DNA of 64,000 nucleotides, taken from positions 2,028 through 66,027 of the forward strand of contig DATLZR010000073.1 in NCBI GenBank assembly GCA_035573895.1, in the 5' to 3' direction. This document shows, in pieces, positions 47,542 to 56,533 of the stretch (positions are counted from its first letter, which is position 1; each line of letters starts with the position of its first letter). Under the pieces are notes generated by a model that saw nothing but the letters and a program-made list of their open reading frames with translations, did no database searches and was not told where the DNA came from. Position numbers and translations under genes: made by a program. Origin of the DNA: Blastocatellia bacterium. GTDB taxonomy: Bacteria; Acidobacteriota; Blastocatellia; HR10.

Positions 47542-50500
47542 TCAGCCACATCGGTCTGGCAGAGGTCTTGCCCCGGCCAGATACTGGATCAAGCGGACTG
47601 CGTCTTGTTCGTTGACACGCCCATCGCAGTTCACGTCAGCCGCTTTCAGCCCATTGCCTGTGAGCGGGCTTTCCCCTGTGAGGTGGCGAATCAGTCGAAT
47701 CAAATCCTGCTCGTTGATCTTCCCGTCAAGATTCACATCGCCGGGACGAACATTGGTGATGCGCACTCGTCCATCCCGTGTCTGGACGGAAAGAGGATTG
47801 GCATCTGGATCAGACGCCGAGATGGCTGAGAACAAGATCGTTGTGACCGATCCATCGGGCACCGTAGGGGCAATTTGCAGAGGGATGAAAGCCACAGGGC
47901 CGCCTGCGCTCGGAAGAGTCGGTACGGGGAATTGAAGAGGAGGCAAAATGAGAATGGTCACCTGACCCCGAATCGCCGTGTTCACGGAGAACTCAAAATC
48001 TGTCGGGACAGCCGCGCCCCGTGTTATGGCTTGAGGATTTGACACCGAGAGAATCGCTGGATCGAATTCGATGGTGAATCGCAGAGCGGAAATACCCGTT
48101 CCATCACTGAGCATCACGGGGAGGGCGATCACACTTCCTGCAACAGCATCAAGATCAGGAACACTGAGCATCCGAACTCTCACACCCTGACCCAATGCGG
48201 CCACATCAACTCTCGTCATCCCGGCATCATCTCCCGTGAACGTAATGACGCCACTTTCGGCTCCTTCCTGGGTTGGGGCAAAGCGAACGAGAACAACCTG
48301 TTCGCTGCCGGCGGTAAGTGTGAAGGGAACGGCAGGTGAACTCACCTGGAATCGGGGATTGTTGCTGACGGCGTTTATGATGACGGATGCCGCCATGCGA
48401 TTACGAATCGTCAGCGGGCGATCAACGCTTTGCCCAAGGGCGACCGACCCGAAGTCAAGACTGAGTGGAGACACCTCGAACGCAGGTGCGAATATCCCCT
48501 CTCCGGTCAGGGATATATCAATTGCGGGCTGCTCGTCAGCGTTGCTTCGGATCGTGAGAAGGGCTGTCTGCGGTCCCCGATTTCGCGGGGCGAATCGTAT
48601 CACCGTCTCCGCCTCAGTCCCGGGGCGTAGCCTCAGTGGAAGCGGCGGAGAATGAAAAACGAATTGAGCGTCGCTCATCACCGCCTGCTCCACGGTGAGC
48701 GTGGCATTGCCCGTATTGCGGAGGGTCAGCGTTCGATCGGCAAAACTGCCCACCATCACCGTTCCAAAATCGAGCATCATGGCCGACACGGACAGCCGTC
48801 GTACAGCTCGTTCCCCGCTGCCTGTTAGGGTGACGACAATTGATGGACGATTGGGATCGTTAGAAGAGATACGGGCAGTGGCTTGCTGAGGGCCTTCGCC
48901 GACTGGGCTGAAGCGCAGCATCACGTCCTGATTGCTGCCGGGATCCACCGTGAAGGGAATCGAGGGGGCGACGACGGTAAATGATGAGGCACTTATATCA
49001 ACGCCGTTCACAGTGAGCGGCAGATCTCCTTCGTTAACGATGTTCAACGCCCGCTCGCTAGCTTCTCCCACAGCCACGCTCCCGAAATCGAGTGAATCGG
49101 GCGTTGCGCGGATACCCGGCCCCCGCGCCCCCCGACCTGTTAGTGCCACCAGCACCGTCGGCCGTTCCGGATCATTACTGGTGATTGTGAGCCGGCCCGT
49201 ATGCTCGCTCCTGTCCGGAGGGGTATAGCGAACCGTGATCGTTTGACTGGCTTGACTCGACAGAGTGAACGGCACAAGGGCTCCGCTCAACGTAAAAACG
49301 AAACTCTCGCTCGCTATCCCGGTCACCGTCAGGGGAGCTGTCCCCACGTTTTGCACTGTCAGCGTGAGGCTCTTCGATTGACCAACCATCACCGGGCCGA
49401 AATCCAGCGCCTCGGGCGTTACCGCGATGACGGGCCGAATGGGAAGGAGTTCTACACACCTGGAGAATTCTGACGTATTTCCCCCGCTGCTTGTGACGGT
49501 TGCCGTAATGAACTGGCGTGCCGTCGAAGGGAGAGAAATCGTGATGAAGAAATTGGTGGCGCCGGTGCCGTCGGTCGCTATACTCGTTACCGTGAGCGGT
49601 CTTTGGCCCTGTCCGAACCCGGACGCATCGCACGCAGTGTTGGAGAACACCTCCAGTCGAAAGCCCGTCCCCGGAGTGCTATTGAGACTTCCGCGAATCG
49701 TCGCCGTCGTATCTGAATACGTCGCCGCCGTGAGGGTGGGGGAATTTTGTAAGTCATTGGCTCCTCCGTCGAGGTCTCGCTCATCATTGGGCGTCACGCC
49801 GTCGCCGCCCAGATCAATCCCCAAACCGGTATTGGAAAAGATCGAGTTCGAGAGGATGGAGTTCCCGGTCCCTGACTGAACAATCACCCCGCCGCCTCCG
49901 TTGAATGCAATGATATTACCGGCAGTATCCGTCGCTCCACCGATGAGCGTCGTGCTCGCTGAGGCCGTCACCAAAATTCCCGCTCCGCCATTGCCCAGGG
50001 GTGACGTTGCGTCAACGGCCACCCCAATGGCATTGCCTTGCACAAGATTGCCCGTCGCACTGCGTCCGTAAATTTGAATGCCTTCACCACGATTGGCAGC
50101 GATGATATTTCGTGCTCCGCGACTCGTCCCCCCCACCGTATTGTTTTGAGTTTCTCCGAGAAAAACTCCCGGCCCACCGTTGCCTAAGGCTGCCATTCCT
50201 GTTACGGTCGTACCGATGAAGTTTCCTTGAATGAGATTCCCCGCGGCACCCTGAAAGGAATTCAGATTCCCCACAGCAACGCCTCCGGACACGCTCAGCG
50301 TGGGGACGGGCAGCGGTTTGGTATTTCCCGAAATGATATTTCGCTCAGCCGCCGTTGTACCTCCGACGACATTGTTGACCCCACCGAGAATGACCACACC
50401 ACCCGAATTGGCTATGGAACTCGAGCCGCTGACATCCGTACCCAGATAATTCCCCTGAACGCGATTCTGCCGTGCCGTGGCCGTAGCAATACCAACGGCG

Positions 50501-52470
50501 ATGAGATTGCCGGAGATCACATTTCGAGCGGTCGCAGTCGTCCCTCCGATGATGTTTTGGGGACCGGTCACGATCACGCCTGCCAACCCATTGCCGAGAG
50601 CGCTCCGCCCGGCGGCATCCGTGCCGAGGAAATTGCCCTCAACGATATTGTTCGCCGATGCAAGAACAATTGCGCTCCCCCCCGAATTCAGAAAATCTCC
50701 GGACACGAGGCGCACAAAATTCACATTGAACCGATTGATGACAAGTCCCCGTAACACCGAGGTTCCTCCCCGAACGGTCAACCCGTTGACACCCTGGCCG
50801 GCCCCGGCCCCATTGATCTCCACCTTGCCAGCCGCCTGCGTTGTTCCGTCAATCGTGACTGATTCGGTGATATCGGGCAGCGGTGATCTCAGTGCAATCG
50901 TGGGGACTTGGTCCCCCGGGATCGCAAACTGAATGACATCGGGACCGGGACTCGAATTGGCATCCAGAATGGCCTGGCGCAACGATCCCGGCCCGCTATC
51001 GCCGGTGGTGGTCACGGTGAATGTCTGGGCAGCCGTTGACATCACCAGTGTTGGTGCGATATCTCCCTGGCGCATGACAACAAGGTCACTGATGGCATCC
51101 ACATTTAGGCGGAGGGACTGGATGCTCACTAGTACCTCTCTGAGCTTAAGCGAAGCGATCAAATCTAGAGATGCCCGTCTCCGGATAGAGCCGCGATCAT
51201 TTTCTCCTGAAAGCGGCTGCGAAAAGATCCGGATTTCCCGCTCCATCGGTGATACAACGAGAAGTTCCTCAGCCGACAAGCCCGATAGGCGGCTGGCAAG
51301 AAGATGATTACCAGGTCCGGGATCGGGTATGGCAGGGACCGGACTCTGCCATTGCTCCTTAAGGAGCGCGGGCCTTGGGGAAAGACTCCCTTCCGCACCA
51401 AGCTCACCACTTTCTTCCCCGAACAGATGGAGTATTCCGAACTCATCGAGCACAGCAACCTCAGAGCGATAATCCGGATCGCGAACAAAATCACCAACAG
51501 CGAGCGAGACTATCCGAGCCGGAAAAGGCACGGCTTCAATCGTGGGCGGTGGGACAGAACGGCTTACAATCTCCGGCTGCGATAGCTTTCGGTCGCGCCC
51601 CCTGAGGAGAAAAAGGTGCTGTCCCGCTCCGACAACAAGGTCAATTGTGTAGTCGTCATCGAGCGGACCCACACCCAGAGCAGTAACCAGATCCGGTAAA
51701 GGGATCTTTTCCGGGAGACTCCAGGCTGCTCCGTTCGGTCCCTCAAATATGAGAAGTGCGGATTCGTCCTCCCGCTCGACGGCGACAATGACATCTCCCA
51801 GTCCATCTGTGCGGTTGATGTCCCCACCGGCCAGGGCTGTTACTCGCCCGCCGAGATCAACCTGTTTGCGTCGGAGAAATCCGCCACGCCCATCTCCAAA
51901 GAGATAGTGAAGCGTCATGCCACCGCGCCGGGCAACAGCAAGATCCTGATGACCATCAGCATCGAAATCTCCCGAAAGTATGAAATCAGGCGCTTCGGCG
52001 GCGACAAACACCGTTGCGGGTAGCTCGAAAGGTTGAGCGCGTCCAGGCTCCTGATCAAAACCGGGCGTCTGTTTTCCTCGTTCGGCCCACGCCGCATGGC
52101 TTCCCAGCATAAGCGCCAGAAGCCCCCCACCGGGACCGATATAACCGCATACCAGATCTGTTGTCCCATCCTCGTCAAAATCGCCCGCCACCAATGCAGA
52201 AGGACTGACGAGTCCCCGGTTGAACAACGCCTTAATCCCTGCCGGAGCCTCAAAATGAAGAGGCAGCGGGGAGACCTCCTTCAATCTGATTCGATTCGCC
52301 TGCTCGTGCAGCCGGACAATCCGAAGATCAGGCTCGCGAAGGTCCGCGAATCGCAAGTCAGCAAGCCCTTGACGACGGAAGGATTCTTCCCCCCCGGAGA
52401 TGACGCGCGGAACCAGGCCGCAACAGATCCCAACGGACGCAACGAGACAAAAAAGTTCTTTTCTCCGCAT
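47542..52470 (-). CDS. Giant secreted multidomain protein: FG-GAP/VCBS repeats, CSLREA-type N-cap plus right-handed beta-helix, four Ig-like (ASH/HYDIN, choice-of-anchor-D-like) repeats, cohesin-like domain, type I dockerin
   Basis: The start is set at MRRKELFCLVASVGICCG (ATG 52468-52470), giving 1642 aa. Domain motifs are GDFDEDGTTDLV and GDFDADGHQDLAV for FG-GAP, GSLRQAILDAN for CSLREA, four LDFG.V.VG.....L...N.G...LTV units, and the dockerin GDVNLDGKINEQDLIRLIRHL...ADVNCDGRVNEQDAVRLIQYL. Confidence 0.85.
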   Translation of the reverse strand: MRRKELFCLVASVGICCGLVPRVISGGEESFRRQGLADLRFADLREPDLRIVRLHEQANRIRLKEVSPLPLHFEAPAGIKALFNRGLVSPSALVAGDFDEDGTTDLVCGYIGPGGGLLALMLGSHAAWAERGKQTPGFDQEPGRAQPFELPATVFVAAEAPDFILSGDFDADGHQDLAVARRGGMTLHYLFGDGRGGFLRRKQVDLGGRVTALAGGDINRTDGLGDVIVAVEREDESALLIFEGPNGAAWSLPEKIPLPDLVTALGVGPLDDDYTIDLVVGAGQHLFLLRGRDRKLSQPEIVSRSVPPPTIEAVPFPARIVSLAVGDFVRDPDYRSEVAVLDEFGILHLFGEESGELGAEGSLSPRPALLKEQWQSPVPAIPDPGPGNHLLASRLSGLSAEELLVVSPMEREIRIFSQPLSGENDRGSIRRRASLDLIASLKLREVLVSIQSLRLNVDAISDLVVMRQGDIAPTLVMSTAAQTFTVTTTGDSGPGSLRQAILDANSSPGPDVIQFAIPGDQVPTIALRSPLPDITESVTIDGTTQAAGKVEINGAGAGQGVNGLTVRGGTSVLRGLVINRFNVNFVRLVSGDFLNSGGSAIVLASANNIVEGNFLGTDAAGRSALGNGLAGVIVTGPQNIIGGTTATARNVISGNLIAVGIATATARQNRVQGNYLGTDVSGSSSIANSGGVVILGGVNNVVGGTTAAERNIISGNTKPLPVPTLSVSGGVAVGNLNSFQGAAGNLIQGNFIGTTVTGMAALGNGGPGVFLGETQNNTVGGTSRGARNIIAANRGEGIQIYGRSATGNLVQGNAIGVAVDATSPLGNGGAGILVTASASTTLIGGATDTAGNIIAFNGGGGVIVQSGTGNSILSNSIFSNTGLGIDLGGDGVTPNDERDLDGGANDLQNSPTLTAATYSDTTATIRGSLNSTPGTGFRLEVFSNTACDASGFGQGQRPLTVTSIATDGTGATNFFITISLPSTARQFITATVTSSGGNTSEFSRCVELLPIRPVIAVTPEALDFGPVMVGQSKSLTLTVQNVGTAPLTVTGIASESFVFTLSGALVPFTLSSQASQTITVRYTPPDRSEHTGRLTITSNDPERPTVLVALTGRGARGPGIRATPDSLDFGSVAVGEASERALNIVNEGDLPLTVNGVDISASSFTVVAPSIPFTVDPGSNQDVMLRFSPVGEGPQQATARISSNDPNRPSIVVTLTGSGERAVRRLSVSAMMLDFGTVMVGSFADRTLTLRNTGNATLTVEQAVMSDAQFVFHSPPLPLRLRPGTEAETVIRFAPRNRGPQTALLTIRSNADEQPAIDISLTGEGIFAPAFEVSPLSLDFGSVALGQSVDRPLTIRNRMAASVIINAVSNNPRFQVSSPAVPFTLTAGSEQVVLVRFAPTQEGAESGVITFTGDDAGMTRVDVAALGQGVRVRMLSVPDLDAVAGSVIALPVMLSDGTGISALRFTIEFDPAILSVSNPQAITRGAAVPTDFEFSVNTAIRGQVTILILPPLQFPVPTLPSAGGPVAFIPLQIAPTVPDGSVTTILFSAISASDPDANPLSVQTRDGRVRITNVRPGDVNLDGKINEQDLIRLIRHLTGESPLTGNGLKAADVNCDGRVNEQDAVRLIQYLAGARPLPDRCG
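48181..49428 (-). repeat. Four tandem Ig-like domain repeats of about 100 aa inside the giant protein
   Basis: The repeat units start near ORF-track aa 1037, 1141, 1247 and 1352. Each begins (A/S)LDFG(P/S/T)V and ends ..L(T/L)G.G. Confidence 0.7.
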
Positions 52471-52784
52471 GATGACCCTTCCCGAACACCCAAGGGCGCC
52501 AAGCTCGGCCAGCATTATATCCCTGACTCAGGTGCTGTCAAGCACATCTTCAAAAGCAGCTGGTGCTCGCAGGCGTCGCGTGCGGCGATAATGCCCGTCG
52601 AGGACTTGCGGCGTCGGCTCAGGATGCATCCGATGCCGCTTGATTGTTTTTCTCAAAGGCCTCCGCACGGGATTCGCTCACGATAGCCTTGCCATGCGGC
52701 AGGCTCGCTTACCGGCAGAGCTGGCTTCTCGCCCCGTCACTGGTCACAGCACTCCTGGCCCTGGATTTGCTATCATTTTTCCTC

Positions 52785-53999
52785 ATGTTCTCGCGGAGAA
52801 CAGAATGGCATCTCACCGTCAACAGACTAACCCGGAGGCTCCGCGAGCGCCGACAGATGGGACTTCCCCTGTGGGACCTCACCGAATCGAATCCCACGCG
52901 GTGCGACTTCGCCTATCCGTCGAATCTCTTGGCAGCTTTGACCGATGCCGACGCTTTCCTTTACGAACCCCACCCCAAAGGACTCTTTAAAGCGCGGCAA
53001 GCCATTGCAAGATACTATGAGGAAAAGGGGTGGAGCGTGGATGAAGAACATCTGTTGCTTACGGCCAGTACGAGTGAAGCCTATGCATTCCTCTTCCGCC
53101 TGCTGTTAAATCCTGGCGATCGAGTTCTCGTTCCCCGGCCGAGTTATCCCCTCCTTGATTTCCTGGCCGATCTCAACGATGTTCGGTTGGATGCGTATCC
53201 TCTCGTTTATGATGATTCCCGGTGGCGCATAGATATGGAACGACTGGCCGCAGCCATTTGCTCGGACACCCGAGCCCTGGTTCTCATCAATCCCAATAAT
53301 CCCACCGGCTCCGTCATTACTCTGGCTGAGCGAGAAGCTCTTGTGGAGCTTTGCCATCGCCACAACCTCGCACTCATCAGCGATGAGGTCTTCGGGGATT
53401 ATCTCTTCCCGGCGGATGTCGCAGGCGAACCGAGATCCACCCACCACAGCCAGAGTGACGATCAACGGGTGCCAACCCTCGTCACGACATCTGAAGTTCT
53501 GACATTTACGGTGAGCGGAGTCTCGAAGGTCCTGGGCCTCCCGCAGATGAAACTCGCCTGGATCGTCGTGACGGGTCCGGCTCATTTGGCCGATGAAGCA
53601 CTCTCTCGCCTGGAGATCATCTCTGATACATATCTCTCGGTCAGTACACCCGTCCAGCATGCCCTTCCCAGATGGATGACCCAACGAAACGTGCTGGCGG
53701 ACCAGATTCTCCATCGTCTGATTGCCAATCGCACCATGCTGGCAAAGGTCGTTTCCCTCAGCTCGAGCTGTCGTCTTCTGGCTGCCGATGGAGGGTGGTA
53801 TGCCGTCCTCCAACTTCCGGGCGTCGAAGATGAGGAGGAGTTCGCGTTGAATCTCCTTGATTCAGATGGAGTGCTTGTTCACCCCGGCTATTTCTTTGAC
53901 TTCGCCGAGCCGGGTTACGTCGTAATCAGCCTGCTCCCGCCTGATGAAATATTCCGGACAGGTGTCGGAAAGTTGATCGAACGGCTTGCCCGTGGGTGA
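52785..53999 (+). CDS. Class I/II pyridoxal-phosphate-dependent aminotransferase
   Basis: DLTESNPT and LINPNNPTGS are present, and the PLP lysine lies in SGVSKVLGLPQMKLAW. The start is set at MFSRRTEW (ATG 52785). Confidence 0.85.
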   Translation: MFSRRTEWHLTVNRLTRRLRERRQMGLPLWDLTESNPTRCDFAYPSNLLAALTDADAFLYEPHPKGLFKARQAIARYYEEKGWSVDEEHLLLTASTSEAYAFLFRLLLNPGDRVLVPRPSYPLLDFLADLNDVRLDAYPLVYDDSRWRIDMERLAAAICSDTRALVLINPNNPTGSVITLAEREALVELCHRHNLALISDEVFGDYLFPADVAGEPRSTHHSQSDDQRVPTLVTTSEVLTFTVSGVSKVLGLPQMKLAWIVVTGPAHLADEALSRLEIISDTYLSVSTPVQHALPRWMTQRNVLADQILHRLIANRTMLAKVVSLSSSCRLLAADGGWYAVLQLPGVEDEEEFALNLLDSDGVLVHPGYFFDFAEPGYVVISLLPPDEIFRTGVGKLIERLARG

Positions 54000-54101
54000 A
54001 GAACGGCTTACCGATAATACGGGTGGATGCATTTATCCACCTGTCGGTGCAGGATTTCGTGATTCGACGGCCAACAGTCTTTTCCCTGCCCGCGCTACGC
54101 G

Positions 54102-54554
54102 TCAGTCACAGCTCATGCGTGAACTTGAACTATCCTTTCCCTCGATCTTCAGTGCCCGAGATCGGTAGCCGGCGCTTCCATCAGCGTATCTTCCCCAGAG
54201 ACGCTCTGACAAAACAGTCAAGATACAGCTTCCCAGGATCACGGCCAGACCAATCCATATCCACCCACGTGTCCCGAGCGGAAGCACCCCCAATCCATCA
54301 GCCACAGAAGCGGCAGCGCCGATCAAAAAGAAAGGTCCGGTGAAATAACAATGTACCCTGCGGCAACGATGGGCATTGATGAGGCACGCCGTACCGGCCA
54401 CAACGAGTGAAGTTGCCCAGATCACCGTGCGAGTGATTGAGCTGACGAAGAACCCCGCAACGAATACTGCCAGGGGTAATTTCCAGAGCAGGAGCGACGC
54501 GCGTCTGTTTGCCACGAGGTCACGTGGATCAGTTGTGCAACATGGCGTCCTCAC
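54102..54554 (-). CDS. Hypothetical 4-TM membrane protein with Cys/His clusters
   Basis: The 150-aa ORF has an N-terminal CC and the in-membrane motif C-x4-H-x-C-x3-H-C (ACLINAHRCRRVHCYF). It is the last gene of the metal cluster and overlaps the upstream gene by 26 nt. Confidence 0.5.
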   Translation of the reverse strand: MRTPCCTTDPRDLVANRRASLLLWKLPLAVFVAGFFVSSITRTVIWATSLVVAGTACLINAHRCRRVHCYFTGPFFLIGAAASVADGLGVLPLGTRGWIWIGLAVILGSCILTVLSERLWGRYADGSAGYRSRALKIEGKDSSSSRMSCD

Positions 54555-55086
54555 AGTTCACCTCCTGTGAACATAACAGTTTCATCGCTCGTGGAGGATC
54601 ATTGGGCTCATGGGCGATCCCTCGTAATTTCAATCCCCTGCGCACGACTTCGGTCACAACTCCCAGACAGCAGCGGCCCGAAGGGTTTTTGATTTCGCAG
54701 GCGCAGCGGCCTGCTTTGACCTGCGCCCGGATGTAGTCGGGGATCGTCGTTCGCCCCGTCGCTTCGATCTCGTCATGAATCATCTTCTCGGTGATATTGA
54801 AGCAGTAGCACACGGGCACGGGGTCTTCAGTTTCCTTCAGTCCGACGCGGACCTTCACATCGGCTTTGTGAAAGTACGAATCGGCCTCATTGGAAAAATA
54901 AACGACCGAACAGGTCGGCGTCGCGCAAAAGAAGTAAGGATGATCGGTCAAGCGTGGCAGAGAGGACTCCTTGAGCAGGTGCTCTATGGTCCTCCGCTTG
55001 ACGGGCTTCCCCGTCTCTCCGCAGACGCGACAGCGAGAGTGAATCTTCGCCGAAATAGGGGGCATATCGTCGCCTCCCTCTCTCAT
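54529..55086 (-). CDS. Cys-rich metallochaperone-like protein resembling the Zn/[2Fe-2S] N-terminal domain of archaeal CopZ (BFD-like)
   Basis: A Zn-ribbon-like region (CRVCGE...FFCATPTC) is followed by CYCFNITEKMIHDEI...AGRCACEIKNPSGRCCLG. The start ATG overlaps the upstream stop (ATGA). Confidence 0.6.
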   Translation of the reverse strand: MREGGDDMPPISAKIHSRCRVCGETGKPVKRRTIEHLLKESSLPRLTDHPYFFCATPTCSVVYFSNEADSYFHKADVKVRVGLKETEDPVPVCYCFNITEKMIHDEIEATGRTTIPDYIRAQVKAGRCACEIKNPSGRCCLGVVTEVVRRGLKLRGIAHEPNDPPRAMKLLCSQEVNCEDAMLHN

Positions 55087-55892
55087 AATCCTGGCTTAAA
55101 TCCCATCTGACCGATCAGTTCAATCAGGCGGTCGAGTGTGATCTTCTCCGGGTCAAAAGCCACGACAGCCTGTTTCTTTTCAAAGGTGACTTCAACGTAT
55201 TTTACTCCCTCGGGCTGGGTGAGCGCCTGTCGGACCGACTCAGCGCAGCCCGCGCAGGTCATCCCCTCGATGGGAATTGTCGCCGTCACAGATTCGACCG
55301 TAAATCCTCCCTTCTTGAGCGCTTCGACCAAACGATCCATCTTCACCCGCGCTGGCTCGTACTCGACGATGGCCTCGCCTTTTTCGTAGCTCGCCATCGC
55401 CGAGTGCACGCCGGAAATTTCCTTGAGCGCAGCCTCCAGGCTCGTTGCGCAGCCGCCGCAGGTCATGCCTTTGACACCGAGTCGCAGCTTCATCAGCCGC
55501 TCGGTCGCTGCCGGTTGCCTTGACTGTAAGAGTTCGCCTGGCCGACGATTCAAAGCCGCCGAGAGTCGTTCCGAATAATAGGGAAATGTCGCCAACAAAA
55601 GGATCACAACCGTTACAATCCAGAGGGTGATCTTATTCCAGCGCGAAGCGCTTCCGATTGTACACGCGCCCTCCCCACATGCGATCTCCCGCTTCCGATA
55701 GGAGAAAAAGAAAGCGGCGGCCAGCAGCACGAAGGCAATGCCCAGTAAATACGGTCGCCACGCTTCAAACACAGTGGCCAGACCAAGGCTGCCAATACCA
55801 AGGAGTGCGGTCGCCAACGACCCGATGCAACAAAGTGACGCCGTGACCGCAGCTATGATGGATGCGCCCAGTGTCAACTTTTCTCTCATCAT
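55083..55892 (-). CDS. MerT-like 3-TM metal transporter fused to two C-terminal HMA (MerP/CopZ-like) domains
   Basis: TM1 carries a CC pair (TASLCCIGSL), and the loop between TM2 and TM3 carries CGEGAC. Two GMTC(G/A)GC HMA domains follow. SD GGAGG precedes the ATG. Confidence 0.75.
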   Translation of the reverse strand: MMREKLTLGASIIAAVTASLCCIGSLATALLGIGSLGLATVFEAWRPYLLGIAFVLLAAAFFFSYRKREIACGEGACTIGSASRWNKITLWIVTVVILLLATFPYYSERLSAALNRRPGELLQSRQPAATERLMKLRLGVKGMTCGGCATSLEAALKEISGVHSAMASYEKGEAIVEYEPARVKMDRLVEALKKGGFTVESVTATIPIEGMTCAGCAESVRQALTQPEGVKYVEVTFEKKQAVVAFDPEKITLDRLIELIGQMGFKPGL

Positions 55893-55940
55893 TATTCCTC
55901 CCCGAAAATGACCTCATCCCCCGCCGGAGGAAAGGCTCCT

Positions 55941-56022
55941 GCGGATTGCTTATCCGCCAGCACTTTTCATCCGCTGGCATGTCTGTCTTCTTCAGGCACA
56001 GAGTGCGCGAAAGATTCATGAC
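55941..56022. promoter_or_regulatory. Cluster of overlapping dyad symmetries upstream of the merT-like gene; candidate MerR-type operator region
   Basis: The elements are GCGGAT (55941-46) / ATCCGC (55952-57), a second ATCCGC (55969-74), GCCAGC (55955-60) / GCTGGC (55973-78), and GCAC-AGA-GTGC (55996-56006) inside a longer imperfect dyad. I could not place a convincing -35/-10 pair with a 19-20 nt spacer. Confidence 0.25.
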
Positions 56023-56080
56023 AATCCCCGTTCGCTTCAGGGTTTTTCGTGATCTCTCCTCATTGATTCTGTCTGGCTTT

Positions 56081-56533
56081 TCATTTTACCTTCGTTATGG
56101 AGGCGCCTCCGAGGGCGAATAAAATCCTCAATGAGGGGGCAGGATTTACGTTAGCGATGGCACGTTCACATTCGGTTTTGTAAACCGACAGTTCGCGCCG
56201 AAGCCGTTGAATTTCCTGGTAGCGACGACCGAGTTCTTCGAGTTTTCCCTCGATCATCTTAATGACCTGAGAACAGGTCTGGGGATCGGCCCTGTCCAAG
56301 CTCAGCAGTTGCTTGACCTGATCGAGCGTGAAGCCGAAGCTCTGCGCCCGCTTGATGAAACCGAGCCGTTCCACCACGCGTGTCTCGTAGAGGCGATACC
56401 CGCTCAGGGTCCGCATGGGTCTCGGCAAAAGGCCCAGCCGCTCGTAATAGCGGATCGTATCCCGGCTCAGGCCGCTTCGCGCCGCGACTTCGCCGATCCT
56501 GAGCCGGTTGCCTTCTTCCCGGTTCACCTTCAT
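56081..56533 (-). CDS. MerR-family transcriptional regulator
   Basis: The HTH reads LRIGEVAARSGLSRDTIRYYERLGLLP and a coiled-coil dimerisation helix follows. The start is set at MKVNREEGN (ATG 56531-56533); the ORF-track start is 56656. Only two Cys are present (QTCSQ, TECER). Confidence 0.8.
   Translation of the reverse strand: MKVNREEGNRLRIGEVAARSGLSRDTIRYYERLGLLPRPMRTLSGYRLYETRVVERLGFIKRAQSFGFTLDQVKQLLSLDRADPQTCSQVIKMIEGKLEELGRRYQEIQRLRRELSVYKTECERAIANVNPAPSLRILFALGGASITKVK

Noticed and set aside
52033-52686. 217-aa plus-strand ORF across the 5' end of the giant gene.
   Set aside because: It is antisense to the signal-peptide and FG-GAP-coding part of the giant gene and runs into the divergent promoter region. 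It shows no motifs.
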